A DNA stretch of 64,000 bases from Octopus vulgaris (taxonomy: Eukaryota). Positions 42,321 through 55,000 of this stretch are shown in pieces (position 1 is the stretch's first letter; every line of letters starts with the position of its first letter). Where the stretch lies: contig OX597827.1 in NCBI GenBank assembly GCA_951406725.2, positions 55,924,001-55,988,000 on the forward strand, given 5' to 3'. The position numbers were made by a program, and so were the translations under genes. Under the pieces are notes generated by a model. That model had not been told where the DNA came from, made no database searches, and was given only the letters and a program-made list of their open reading frames with translations.

Positions 42321-42864
42321 AGATGAGACCGGTTTATGGGATTTCCCTGGGTTTCACGTCCACAAAGCGCTTAGCTTTACGGCGTATCATCAGATTCCAA
42401 ACCTGTTGGCCTATGGCCTCTCTAGAAAATGGAAGAGGAAAGGACCTCGCTACTCAATGCCAACTTTTGTTCGGCCCGCGGTTATAGTGGAAAACACTTG
42501 CCAAATTGCCACTCAGCTGAACTGAACTCAAAACCATTTGGTTGGAAAGCAAACTTCTTACCACACAGACATGTCTACACCTTAAAAAATAAAAAGAAAA
42601 AAAATAAGGTGGAGAGAAAAAAAGGAAGTAATTTCCTGGTACTTACCTTACCAGGCCTAAATGTAACAAAAAGATGCGAACTGATAGTGTTTTTCCCAGG
42701 AAAGTAGGATGAGCAAATCGAAAGCATTCAATTTTCAGTGATGTTGCTATGCTAGGAATAAATAATTGCATGATAGTTGTAAATGGTTGTCACTATCATA
42801 CTAGAAGTGCCATTCATTTTCATTATCATTATCGCGACAATATGTCAGCCTATGAAAAGATATT

Positions 42865-43470
42865 GACTTCAAATTATGGCATTAGGCCAGCAATTTCGTG
42901 GGTAGGTCTATTACATCGACCTCAATGTTCAACTGGTACTTATATTATCGACCACTAGAAAGATGAAAGGCAAAGTCGACCTCGGCGGAATTTGCACCCA
43001 GAACGCGAAGACGAACGAAATGCCGCTAAGCATTTTGCCCAGCATGCTAACCGTTCTTATTTCTTTACTACCCACAAGGGGCTAAACATAGAGGGGACAA
43101 ACAAGGACAGACAAACGGATTAAGTCGATTACATCAACCCCAGTGCGTAACTGGTACTTAATCTATCGACCCCAAAAGGATGAAAGACAAAGTCGACTTC
43201 ACTAGAATTTGAACTCAGAACGTAACGGCTGACGAAATACCTATTTCTTTACTACCCACAAGGGGCTAAACACAGAGAGGACAAACAAGGGCAGACAAAC
43301 GGATTAAGTCGATTATACCGACCCCAGTGCGTAACTGGTGCTTATTTAATCGACCCCGAAAGGATGAAAGGCAAAGTCGACCTCGGTGGGATTTGAACTC
43401 AGAACGTAACGGTAGACGAACCGCTAAGTATTTCACCCGGCGTGCTAACGGTTCTGCCAGTTCGCCGCCT
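42865..43470 (-). mobile_element. Three stacked family-A SINE copies
   Basis: Repeated TATTTCTTTACTACCCACAAGGGGCTAAACA..GAACTCAGAACGTAACGG units at ~43055 and ~43242 adjoining an older copy; CpGs retained. Confidence 0.9.
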
Positions 43471-43606
43471 TTGCTCATGATGAAATATTACCATGCTTGA
43501 AAGCAAATATATGTTGGCGATAGGAAGGGCAGCGGGCCGTAGAAAATCTTCTTCAACAAATTCCGTCCGACCCATGCAAACATGGAAAAGTGGACTTTAA
43601 AACGAT

Positions 43607-43666
<60 letters not shown>

Positions 43667-44262
43667 TACATACATACATACATACATGCGAACAAACAAA
43701 AATACCCTGGTGTTGATGTTGAAATTCCAATGAAGGTGCCTTGGATCTAGGTCAAAAACCGGCACTTTCTCTATTGGCAAGAAATCTTGAAATAAAACTG
43801 AATAATAAAACGCGCGCGCGTACACACATGCACAAATATTTAGTTTAGTTTGTTAATGTAAACGTTAGTTTTATAGCAGAGCACTTTGAACTTTTTTAAT
43901 TGTGTTTATAAGTATCAAAATCTAGTAGAACACGAAATACACAATGTATTTCGTCTGTAAAAAGAAATTATTGAGAGAATTATCTCCCTTACACTTGTAC
44001 ATGTTGTATAGGAAAATGGCGGGAGCGGGATACATTTAAACGGCAGTAGTCGAAGCCAAGTTAAATAGATACACAACGAAGTGATTAGCATTGCACCTGC
44101 TCTCACTGTTGTTATTCTTTACAATCGCCAAGCATAGCTGAAGCTAGTTCAGCGTAGCGGAGTTGGAGGCTGGAAAAACAAGACCCTGTATACCTGAAAA
44201 TAACAGAGATAAGGTCGTAAAATCAATCCAATGCAAGCTGAGAAATGGTAGGAAATAAAAGG

Positions 44263-45430
44263 TTCATAAAGTAATGAATGCAGCGAAAAAGAGCTTCGAG
44301 CTTAGGAAAATAATGGGACGCACTCAGATCAATAGCCACGGACTCAGCTTGATGGAGGCAAGGTTCAAAGTCAAAAGAGAAATCAAAGAGAGACCTGGAA
44401 TTTGAGAGAAGAGGATACCATAAGAATCCAGAAGGCAGCCCAGGAAGGCCAGCAGAGACAGTGAACAACGTGGGAGCGAGTCTGTAGTAGTGGAGACCTC
44501 TGGCGTTCTTGGCACCCGAACCATATTTCTGCTCACTGCTATCAGGGCGGAGATGTCTATCTGCAAGTGCGAGCCCCGTGATCAGAGTGACTGTTCCAGT
44601 GCATCTCCTTCGCCATCCTCCGGGGCAACTCCTTTCCCATTTTGTCTGCTTAAGACCATGAAGCGATCCGAATGACAGGAAGTTTTATGTTCTACTCCTC
44701 AATGTAAAGTTATTCAAGAAAACTCCAGAGAAATATAGCTGAAATAACATATGGCACATGGCTTCTCTCAGAGTCAGCATTATCCTCAGGTCCGTATGTG
44801 ACCTCCTGTCCTCAAATACAAACTTTGCAAGGTGGGAGGAATTAGATAATCCAATATTCTCACTCTACCAAGGTTAGCAAACGGTGTAACACGTCTTAAG
44901 CTCATGAGAATAGTGCTCGTTCGAAATAGGTATTTAAATAGATATTGCGTGTGACTTGTACCTCGAATCTCCACCAGTGTTCTACACTGCAGGGAGTAAA
45001 AAAACTGTGACTTGGAACAGCTGTAGCAGTTGGATTATGGAAGCAGAATCCACTGGATGGAGTGGATGACTGGGAGTACCTAGAAGACATTTTAGAATTC
45101 TAAAAAATCGTCGACAAGTGTGGTATGTGTCCAAACATTGTACTGACCTCACTTCTATCAAAACAAGTCATTCTGATTGAACTCATTGTGCTATTGGAAA
45201 GCAAAATGGAAGAAGTCCACATCTACAAGGCTGAAAAAAGAATCTAGCTTCCAAACCAAAGTCCTTCCCCAAAGTGGTGAGTACGGGAGGGTTTGTGCGC
45301 AAATCTACATCATCTCATCAAACAGTTTTCAGTTTCCGAGAGAAAAAATCCCAGAGCTCTTAAGACAATGGCAAAAGCAGCGGAGAAGAATTTCAACTGG
45401 ATCTGGTGAAGAAGTAATTGGAGCCAATTT
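44263..45430 (+). mobile_element. Degenerate RLE-type non-LTR retrotransposon 3' fragment (HERO-like)
   Basis: KIMGRTQINSHGL (cf. IVG..Q.GR.GLG), QQRQ*TTWE, RTIFLLTAI, and PNIVLTSLLSKQVILIELIVLLESKMEEVHIYKAEK (PD..D/ELTVPWE restriction-like endonuclease pattern) at ~45131-45238. Confidence 0.75.
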
Positions 45431-45964
45431 TAAAGGGGGTAATTTACTTTGCAGTTAACTGGCGTCTTAGACTCATCTGGTTATTATAATATCCATGATA
45501 CCGTGGCTCTTGGCACCTCAGCCATCCAAGAAGGTTGCAATGCAGACAACAGCATAAAATGTAGCTGTAGAGGAGTATATCAGATTTATAAAATAGATGC
45601 ATTCTTTCTCCTTTATAACGTAAGGGGTTAAGGGCCTGCAAGAATGAAGCTTCTTTGAAGACCTTCTGTGCTATTCAGCTGTCCTCAGAGCTTCTTGCTA
45701 TCATAATGAAGTGAACCTAAACAATAATCAATCTTTTACACAATTTAAAATATTAACCAAGAACTATTTTCCAGTGATGCTTTCTGTGTGAAAAACATAG
45801 TTGAGTGGAACCACCTCCTCAATTTTTAATCAATTATAATTACGCCAAAAATGAAAAGCAAATTCATTTGTCGTAATACGTCCGTTTGTCTAAGGCCAAA
45901 AATATATCCGGAATTATCAATTTGGATATTAGAGTTGTTTCCCTTGCCTGTATTAAGCATTAAA

Positions 45965-46830
45965 AGAACATTCGCCAGCTACAAGGTCTTTTAGTCCACT
46001 GAAAGCGTAAGAGCTACTAGAATAAAATGGACGCTAGAGAGAAGTCAATAGGTGACGACGTACATTAGACTTAAAAGATTGGAAGTCATATTGAAGAGGA
46101 AAACAAGACTGAGGAAGAGAATTCCAAAGTTCAGAGGTGTGGGGGAAGAAACTGGTACTGTCAAGTGCTTTACGATACTTAGGAGGTTGCATGACGACGA
46201 TGATAGAATGAATCTAATTTTAAAAAAAGATCAGGACTAATAACATTACAAATACGGCGTGAATGCGGTCCAACAGAGCTAAACAATCCGCAGCAGCACC
46301 TGTCCATATGTGACAAGAGTATTCAATGCAGGGGCGAATGGTGGACATATAAAGATAAAGAATAATCTCAGGAGTGAGATAACTCCTCGAACGAAGGAGT
46401 GCGCCTGCCTTCATTGCAGCTGATTTGGCAATAGATTCGATGTAAGTCCCCCAAGAAAAATCATTACAGAAAGTCACTCCTAGGAGACGAAGAGAGCGAC
46501 TCTCGGGTAAGTCAATACCATCCATCAAAAACGATGGCAAGAAAGGATGTCTGAAGCAATAAATTGAAAGAAGATTAGTTTTTGATGGATTGAACGTTAC
46601 AAGTCATTTCCTACCACACTCAACGGAAGATCGAAGATTATTCTCAAGGTTAGCAGCGACCTCAACCTTATTGGAGAAGTCGTCAGATTTGTCCAAACAA
46701 GAGTACAAAGTAGAGTCATCAGCATAGATTACTAGCTGACAGATGATATGATCAGGCAGATCATTGATAAAAAGAAGAGAGTTGGGCCCAGGACAGATCA
46801 TTGAGGAACCCCAGCATTAATAGAATAACT
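45965..46830 (-). mobile_element. CR1/Zenon-like LINE RT 3' fragment (frameshifted)
   Basis: GVPQ*SV.GP, LLFINDLP, IYADDSTLY, LLGVTF..DFSW..YI, LYLY.STIRPCIEYSCHIW, SFFPHTSELWNSLP..FP..YD...FKSNV. Confidence 0.9.
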
Positions 46831-47076
46831 AGATGACTAGCTTTTATTGTTTTCATCTGTTAATCGTGTCTTTTACCTGTTTCTGTCATTGGTCTACGAC
46901 CATGCTGTAGCACTGCCTTGACAGGTTTAGTCGAACATATCGACGCTAGTACTTATTTTTTTAAGGCTGATACTCATTCTATTTGTCTGTTTTGCTGAAC
47001 CACTACATTACTGGAACGTACACAAACCGACACCAGTTGTCAGCAGGTGGTGGGTGGGGGGACAAACACGCGCGCG

Positions 47077-47110
<34 letters not shown>

Positions 47111-47545
47111 AAACTTCAAATTTCTAGTGTGTCTAGGAAGAGTTCTCTCCCTTCCTATGAAAAAAGTCTTTTGGGACGCTACATGATGACTGACTAGCAC
47201 AAAATGACCCACCTGAAGTCTATGAGAGGAAACCATATTCACAACACTTATAAACATTTGTATAATGTATATTCTTCAAATATAAAATAACATCTATATT
47301 GTAATGTGATATAATATTCTGTTGTGTCTGGGGAGAGTCATTTTCTTTTTGTGCTTTAAAATTTCCACTTAATTTTATTTTCCTAAAATTTTCGTTGCTT
47401 TTTGCAACCTTTTCAATAATCTTGACTCTCAAGAGAGTTACATCATAAGGCACAAAAAGAAAATGATTCTCCCCAGACACAACAGAATATACTTCAACAC
47501 ACAAACTCAAATAAAGAGTCTTGCAAACCAAATCCAAAAATGAAA

Positions 47546-48053
47546 TCTATATATATAAAACTGTAGTTGTGTGAGTGTCTGTCTCCTACGATTTAGATTC
47601 CTAACTACTCCCATATTTTGCGGTGCAGTTTAACCAAATTCGGGTATCTTATAGTCGTGATTCATATCGAGCCCGTCTGGGTATTAGCGCGCGTCTACGA
47701 TGAGTCTACGATTTAAAAAATAATTTAACATTTTTTATTCCATTTTAATGCATATTTTTTCGTGTGTCGATGGCGGCGGAGTTGGCGTCCACGCTCACAG
47801 CTGCACCTGTGTTGCTTCTCCCCCTTCTTCCCTCCCTCGTGAAGCTGTGGAGAAGGGAGTGTAAGGAAATCAACGTCGTAAAGCGTTGTCAAGGAGACCA
47901 GCGTTCTTTTAGAACGACTTCATGGCTTGAAGACACCAAAACAGAAATGGCTAAGAAAGCCCGAATTGGCATTTATAAGGGAAGTAACTCTCTAAAAATA
48001 CTTATATAGTTATTTCCCTTACAAACCCGAGCAACGCCGGGCGATACTGCTAG
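47546..48053 (+). mobile_element. Non-autonomous Helitron, complete
   Basis: A|TC 5' end; 3' hairpin CCCG..CGGG then CTAG|T; no TSD; CpG-rich. Confidence 0.9.
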
Positions 48054-48499
48054 TATGATATAATATTGTTACACTTTTATTCTTCCACTTTTAATTCTAA
48101 TTATATCCTAAGGTGAACAACATTACACATTGGCAACTTTCAGTGTTTACGGCCATGATAGCAGAATGGTGTATCAGTGTATGTGTGTTGACTGACATAA
48201 TGAACAGCTGGAGGTGAAACTCTTGACAAAAAACAATGAAGTGGCAGGTCCAAGGTATATAAAAATGCTCATTTACCATTCAATCACCAGTTAATAATTA
48301 TTGCAGCAGTTGCAAATTTACCATTAAATTAGCAGTTAATACATGTGCTTCTATTTGGTTAATTTGCTTATATTTAGTTAATTTATACTGCATACAAAAA
48401 TAAAGACATACTTCATACATACAACTAGTTACAATAATAGAGATTACTGTATAATTTCTTCTAGGTTCATAAGTTTTGGTTTACTATATTGAAAAAAAT

Positions 48500-48742
48500 A
48501 TGCCACCAAAGAAAAGATGTAATCTCTCCAGAAACAAGTATAAAGCAAGGAGATTTGTAGAAAACCGAAGGTAAGAGTCTCAAAAGAGAAAAGAGATGAA
48601 ACTATCTCAAGATCAAACACATGCTGCAGTATGTCAAATGGAGTCTCGAGAGAGAAGCAAGATGAGACTTTCTCAAGATCAGCAAAGGCATGCTGCGGCA
48701 TATTAGATGGAGTCTCAATACGGAAGGGAGATGAGGCTGTAA
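48500..48742 (+). pseudogene. Helitron RepHel N-terminal fragment
   Basis: MPPKKRCNLSRNKYKARR..ESQKRKEMKLSQDQ..ESRERSKMRLSQDQQRHAA..ESQYGREMRL with two in-frame stops; the repeated E-S/T...RL..DR.R units are typical of RepHel N-termini. Confidence 0.6.
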
Positions 48743-49187
48743 TATCCTTGGCACTTAGGTGAATTTTTGCTATCCTGATAACTATTTATTTTTTCCATGT
48801 TATTTGTACACATTGAAAAAATACACATACATATATGTATGTATTTATATATACAAACATACATGCAAACATATGCATATATACATTTATATATAAAACT
48901 TTCCAGAATTCAAAAGAATCAGGTATTTAAATAGTAAAAACACCAAGGTACAGTTGGGGAGAGTGCACTTGTGCACTGACAATATATACTAACATATATG
49001 TACTAACTAAAGTAAATATGGATTTGCCCTTCCATTTATATATACTTTCACATGTATGCATAACATGCCATCAAAGTCATACTGGGGTACACTCACTGCT
49101 CATAGTCCACTTTGACTACAGATTCCAGATCCAAACGGAAGGTTCCAAGTTAGGTGAAGAATAAATAATAACACAGACAGGTTGTGG

Positions 49188-49271
49188 TTCACTACAGCTG
49201 TTTCAGATGTGTTCTTTATTGATGAACAAAAGTGTTACATCATGAAAAAAATACACTTTTCATTAGGTGAA
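49188..49271 (-). ncRNA. Degenerate hammerhead ribozyme
   Basis: TTCAC-CTAATGA-long imperfect stem II-GAAA-CAGCTG-TA-GTGAA: perfect 5-bp stem I, palindromic ACAGCTGT stem III, GUA site; core has G5A. Confidence 0.6.
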
Positions 49272-49764
49272 TACAGGTTTGGAATTAACAATAAGAACTT
49301 CTTGCAAAACAGGACAGAGTACCAGATAACTCAACTGGCCTGATTTCAGCAGGAGAGTGAGTAGCTTAGGCTGTTACTAAGTTTATATCAAAGAACTTGT
49401 TAAAAGGGCCAGAATGGGGAGGGGGCAGGAGAAGTAGAAGGAGAGCAGTGGAGAGAAAAAGGAGGGGAAGGTATGATATTGTTTGGCCTCATAAAGTGTT
49501 ATAGGCTGAAAGCACTGGTTGTCAATAAAATTAACGTTTCTGAAACGGTCGAGTTCTTTGAAATAAACAAGAATAATAAAATATATTAGCAAGAGAAAAA
49601 AGCCTACACACATGTACACTTGTTTACACACTTCAACACACACACACACTTGCACCTTGGGCAAGTGTCATCTACTATAATCCCAGGTTGACCAAGGCCT
49701 TGTGATTGTATTTGGTAGATGGAAACTGAAAGAAGCCTGTCATATATGTATATATACATATCTA

Positions 49765-50206
49765 CCGTAAATCCTTGAGTATAATATGCAATGTCCAAGT
49801 CTCTATTTGCTGTCCAGCAATGTTTATTCAGACGCATTTTGTGATGTCGGGTGCAAAAATACCTTAAGCTAAGCCTGAAAGCAATGAAGTCATAAAAGAA
49901 TCATCCCTAACTTGCAGTAAGCAACATTTATTAAAATAAAAGTATTCAGAACACAGAATAACATGTAACAAAAACAATTTGCAAACATATTTACATTCCC
50001 ATATAACAGTTAAGAACATCACCTTAATTGTATTACGCTTGTGTGGAAGTGTTTGTTCGACTAGGTGCTGCTGGCTTAATTATGCACAACTCAAGTTAGA
50101 GAAGGGGTGCATATTGTACACAAAGTTCAGGTTTTTCAGAGGTACAGCCCCCTAAAAATCCCCTACATATTATACTCAAGGGCAGACTATACTCAAAGAT
50201 TTATGG
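49765..50206. mobile_element. pogo/Tigger-like MITE (same family), inserted in a SINE
   Basis: TA|CCGTAAATCCTTGAGTAT ... ATACTCAAAGATTTATGG|TA; internal sequence matches 58248-58760. Confidence 0.85.
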
Positions 50207-50465
50207 TATTTGTGTGTGTCTTTGTGTCTGTGTTTGTCCCCTACCACTGCTTGACAACTGATGTTGGTGTGTTTACATCCCCGTAACTTAGCAGTTTGGC
50301 AAAAGTGAATAAGTAGCAAGCTTTTAAAAAATGTTGGGATGAAAAAGGAGTATTGGCATTGATTCATTTGACTAAAATTTTTCAAGGTGGTACCTCACCA
50401 TGGCCAAAATCAAATGGCTGAAAAAAGTGAAATAATGAAGGAAATTTGTATTTATCTTCTCTATA

Positions 50466-51823
50466 TCTATATTATAAATCTGAAATGCGAAAAGTTTATT
50501 TGTTTGTCTGGTTTGGGCATTGAGAACGGGTTAAAGGCCACTAGATCCTGTCAGATTGACTCCAAAATTTACAGGGACATGTAAAATGAGGTGAGGATGC
50601 AATTGGGCTAGGTTAGAAATCCCCATCTTAAAAGATGTCGTTGCTAGGGCCCAAAACGCACTTTGACAAGTCTACTCTCATTCTTTTATGTATCTGTCTT
50701 CCTCCATCACTCATTCTCTTTCCTCCCTTCCCATCACTTTCTATATATAACGTCGTTTCACAGCGTCTATCTCCCTTACCTTCACTTTCTCTTTATGACG
50801 TCGTTTCACAGCGTCCTCAATCTCCTCCTCCTCCCCGCTTTCGACAGTGCTTTCACACACACTCTCTCTCTCTACGTCTGTCAGCATTCATAGAGAGAAT
50901 TATCATCGCCACAACCACCACCACCACCACACGATCATGAGAACAAATATTATGAATCAGATATTTATTGGGTTAATTTATATGTGTGTGTGTGTTCTAT
51001 ATATAAATATGTATATATAATGTATATATACAAAGTGTATATATCTGGATTTATGTATATTAAACTTTTTAATACTTTTTGATAGTTATATATATTTTTT
51101 TTTAAAATTATAAATATAAATTAATAATTTTAATTTTAAATTTAAATAATTAAAATTTTTAAATTTTATATTTTATATATTTTGTACATTACATTTTTAT
51201 TTTTATGTTTGGGGTTATGTTTTTCACTGTTTAATTTACCTAATAGTGGTTTTATCTCTAATTTAATTTATATATATACTAGCAGTATCGCCCGGCGTTG
51301 CTCGGGTTTGTAAGGGAAATAACTATATAAGCATTTTTAGAGAGTTGCTTCCCTTATAAATTCGGGCTTTCTTAGCCATTTTTGTTTTGGTGTCTTCAAG
51401 CCATGAAGTCGTTGTTCAAAAAGAACGCTGGTTTCCTTCACAACGCATTACGACGTTGATTTCTTTACACTCCCTTCCCCACAGCTTCACGAGGGAGGGA
51501 AGGGGGAGAAGCAAACAGGTGCAGCTGTGAGCGTAGACGCCAACTCCGCCGCCATCGACATACGATGCATTTTATGCATTAAAATGGAATAAAAAATTAT
51601 GTTAAATTATTTTTAAAATCGTAGACTCATCGTTGACGCGCGCTAATAGTCAGACGGGCTCGATATGAATCACGACTATAAGATACCCGAATTTGGTTAA
51701 ACTGCACCGCAAAATGTGGGAGGAGTTAGGAATCTAAATCGAAGGGGACAGACACTCACACAACTAGAGTTTTATATATATAGATATATATATAATTTGT
51801 ATACATTTGTATATATAATGCGT

Positions 51824-51858
<35 letters not shown>

Positions 51859-52760
51859 ATCCGTATATATATATATAATGTGTGCATTATGTGGTCGGTT
51901 GTGCTGAAAATATGCACACCTGTGTTAAAAGTGCTGGTGAGTTTACATGGCAACTATTTTTTTCCTCAAATGAAAGGCGTGACCTCTAGGACAAAATTCC
52001 TCATCTTATAAAATGTGGCCTGAGTAGACCTGAATGAAATTGGGTTATATTAACCAAAATGTGAAAAGGGGTCTAACTGGGGCTTGAAGCGGATTAAAAT
52101 TTACAGGAGCGGGTGTTTAGGATATTCTCTGTTACATGAAGCTAAAAAATTTGCGCCAGTCTTTAAATCGTCAATGTGTTGCCGTCCATGATGAAGAAGT
52201 TTTGAATGCTTGCCATGGTCAGTCTACTGTCATGAGAAAGAATCACTTCAAAGCTTGGTGTTTAGGAATTTTCTTTTACATCAAGTTCAAAATTTTACGC
52301 CAGCCGTTAAACTGCCACTACGTTGCTGTCCGTCATTAAGAAATGCCAGCCATGGTGACTCTACTATCCTCAGATTCTATCCCTTCAAACTTTGGTTTCC
52401 AATATTTTTTTTATTTTTATTCAGCTCGCAAGTTCGTCTATCCCTTTTAAATATTAGTGTTTTGCTGTCTGCCTTGAAGCGGACCTTTCCGTTGTCACTG
52501 CCTGATATTTATGATTGATCTTTCAAAATATTTTACTTTCTCGACTTACTCATTTTCTTTTGTTGTTTATAAATGGGAGAGAGATAGATAAAGATAGAGA
52601 CTAAGAGGAAGTGAGGGAGAGTCCGAGAGAAAGGAAGAGTAAGAGAGTGGGAAAGTGAGAGAGAAAGGAGAGAGAAACAAAGAGGGAGAATGTGGTGATA
52701 AAAAACAGAAAGTAATAACCACACTCTTACCTGCACGTAGAGCGGGTCACCTTAAGATAG
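50466..52760 (+). mobile_element. Larger non-autonomous Helitron (host of the 51279-51784 copy)
   Basis: 5' TCTATATTATAAATCTGAAATGCGAAAAGTTTATTTGTTTGTC typical of Helitron starts; 3' hairpin ACCTGC..GCGGGT followed by ATAG (decayed CTAG) at 52757-52760. Confidence 0.6.
51279..51784 (-). mobile_element. Second copy of the same Helitron, inverted, nested in a larger Helitron
   Basis: Closely similar to the reverse complement of 47546-48053; TC..CTAG ends. Confidence 0.9.
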
Positions 52761-52989
52761 AATATATATATATATATATATATTAAGATAGTATATATAT
52801 TGCTAGCTAACATCCAGTAGTAAACGTTGACTCTCTTCAATCAAACTCTCATTCAGACTCAATGGTCAAAGACTAGCAACATGCTTGAAACTCAGAGTAC
52901 CAATGAGTTTGAATCAAGCTGTTTTGATCCATACATGTAACTCCCAGTACAATTTCTCCAAACTCTGTTGAGTGCCATTTATGAATGAC

Positions 52990-53652
52990 TGACCAACAGT
53001 TTGCAATGAAGAGACAACCATTACCATACTCGCTGAGGAATATCCAAATACCTCCAAGGAAAATCCACTTGATGCGACTCATGGAGAGGACCGAAAGTGT
53101 CATCAAACGAATGTGCTGGAAAGCTTTCTTCTATGAGAATCCTTCCACTACTACATCTGCAGATGAGTTTGGCTTCAAATCCTGAAAGTGCCCCCGACGT
53201 ATGAAAGACCTGAGAACTTTGAGACTGATTTATGGAACCTTGTAAAGAAGGTAAGGTTTTGGCATTATTCCATCCCTTTCCTTAAATCCCCTTCTAACCC
53301 CTTCCTTAATGACTAGTATTAAACAATCACTCAATTTACACATCCTCGCAGATAAAACAAAAAATATTTATGAAACAAATGCTTCCGCACATTCAAGACT
53401 CCTCACAAACACCATCACCAAAACATACAAAAGAACCTGTAATTCCACATACAATGACATAAACACAGAAGCAAAGGAGCTAGCTATCCACCTTAAGATA
53501 GATGATTGCGTGGACTGCCTCGCCACATGACCCCCTATTACATTTCAGGACCATAAGCCTAATTTCCATTCCAACACTAAATGCAGGCTGATCAACCCCT
53601 GCAAAAGTGAGACAGGTATCATTAGCAAGTGTATTCTCAATACTATCAACTC
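52990..53652 (+). mobile_element. Penelope-like element N-terminal ORF fragment (pseudogenised)
   Basis: PYSLRNIQIP, MERTESVIKRMCWKAFFY, FGFKS, ILADKTKNIYE, ITKTYK, DHKPNF..CRLINPCKSETGIISKCIL, with stops and frameshifts. Confidence 0.85.
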
Positions 53653-53787
53653 TATTTACATCATTTACAATTGATGTATATTTATCCTAATCTTGTTTGA
53701 TGTTAACACAATGTTTCGGCTGATATACCCTCCAGCCTTCATCAGGTGTCTTGAGGAAATTTCGAACCCGAGTTCTCATTGTTGTTG

Positions 53788-53830
<43 letters not shown>

Positions 53831-54225
53831 TGTCACTGCCTGGAATCGAACTCAGTGGTTAGTAGCCTGTCCTCTTAACCACTATGCTATATGCCTGTGG
53901 GCAATTATGGAGTGAATTTTAGGGCTTATAAATCTAATATTCTCCTGTCCTTCATTAATACCGGTTCCTATATGCTGTTCATATCTGCACTTGGTCTGCT
54001 TAGGAGGTTATTGTGTCCTAGCAAATGTGCTGCTTCTTTTAATTTTCATGTTTTCCAGTGGTGTTCTCTGTCTATTATTTTAACTTCATCCCACAGTGGG
54101 AGGTGGTCTCCATTTTTCCATACATGATCAGCTATACCTGATTTATCAATATCTCCCCATGTCACAGCTTTGCAATGTTCCTCTACCCTTATTTTGAGGG
54201 GTCGGCATGTGTGAAAGTAACAAGG
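53653..54225 (-). mobile_element. 3' end of a Poseidon-type Penelope element (GIY-YIG C-terminus + pLTR with HHR)
   Basis: TCRPLKIRVEEHCKA..DKSGIADHVWKNGDH..WDEVKIIDREHHW.*KLKEA followed by the HHR at 53705-53750. Confidence 0.8.
53705..53750 (-). ncRNA. Minimal Penelope-type hammerhead ribozyme (one CpG-type mutation)
   Basis: GACAC-CTGATGA-A-GGCTG..CAGCC-GAAA-CATT-GTGTT; lies ~230 nt 3' of a Penelope GIY-YIG remnant on the same strand. A core-deleted copy is at ~3800-3835. Confidence 0.7.
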
Positions 54226-54499
54226 AGCTTGAATCAAACTGTTTTGATCCATATATATATATACAAGCAAGACGCACCCCCCCCTCCCATCCAATGGACG
54301 GTATGTGCATGTCCCCGTAACTTAGCAGTTTGGCAAAAGAGACTGATAGAATAAGTACTAGGCTTACAAAGGTCAATTCGCTCAACTAAAGGTGGTGCTC
54401 CAGCATCACCACAGTCAAATGACTGAAACAAGCAAAAGGGTAAAAGAGTATATGTATGTATATATATATAGCTATATATATATGTATATTTATATACAT

Positions 54500-54557
<58 letters not shown>

Positions 54558-54941
54558 CAACTAATGTAGGATAAAATTTTTTCGAGAAAAAATTTTTATC
54601 AATGGCCAGCATATCAAAAAATACCTTTAAAGGTTAAATTTATAAATAATTTACAAAATAAGGGCAAAAGAAAAATTCTAATGCCAAATATGCCGAAAAA
54701 AAGACAAAATTGTCAATAACCATTATAATTTATGCGTCTCGAAACAAACCGATAGAAATTTCTAAAAAATCCATTATTACCGTATTGATCCATTACCAAT
54801 ACGGTAATGTCGGCCTCTTTTCGAGTAGCATGCGTACTGGGAAAGTTATATGGTAAATGGACAATATGTCCAATTTTTGGCATATTTGATTAAATTTTCA
54901 TATTTGGCATTAGAATTTTTCTTTGCCCTTATTTATGTATG

Positions 54942-55000
<59 letters not shown>

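Noticed and set aside
42647-42656. 10-nt minus-strand microexon candidate (TTTAG|GCCTGGTAAG|GTAAGT); U1-like ACTTACCT
   Set aside because: Not frame-preserving, no linked gene, and no U1 body follows.
44085-44193. Minus-strand acceptor TTATTTTCAG followed by a short open frame
   Set aside because: All frames stop within 30 codons and there is no recognisable homology.
48444-48701. 85-aa minus-strand ORF with repeats
   Set aside because: Antisense shadow of the Helitron RepHel N-terminal relic.
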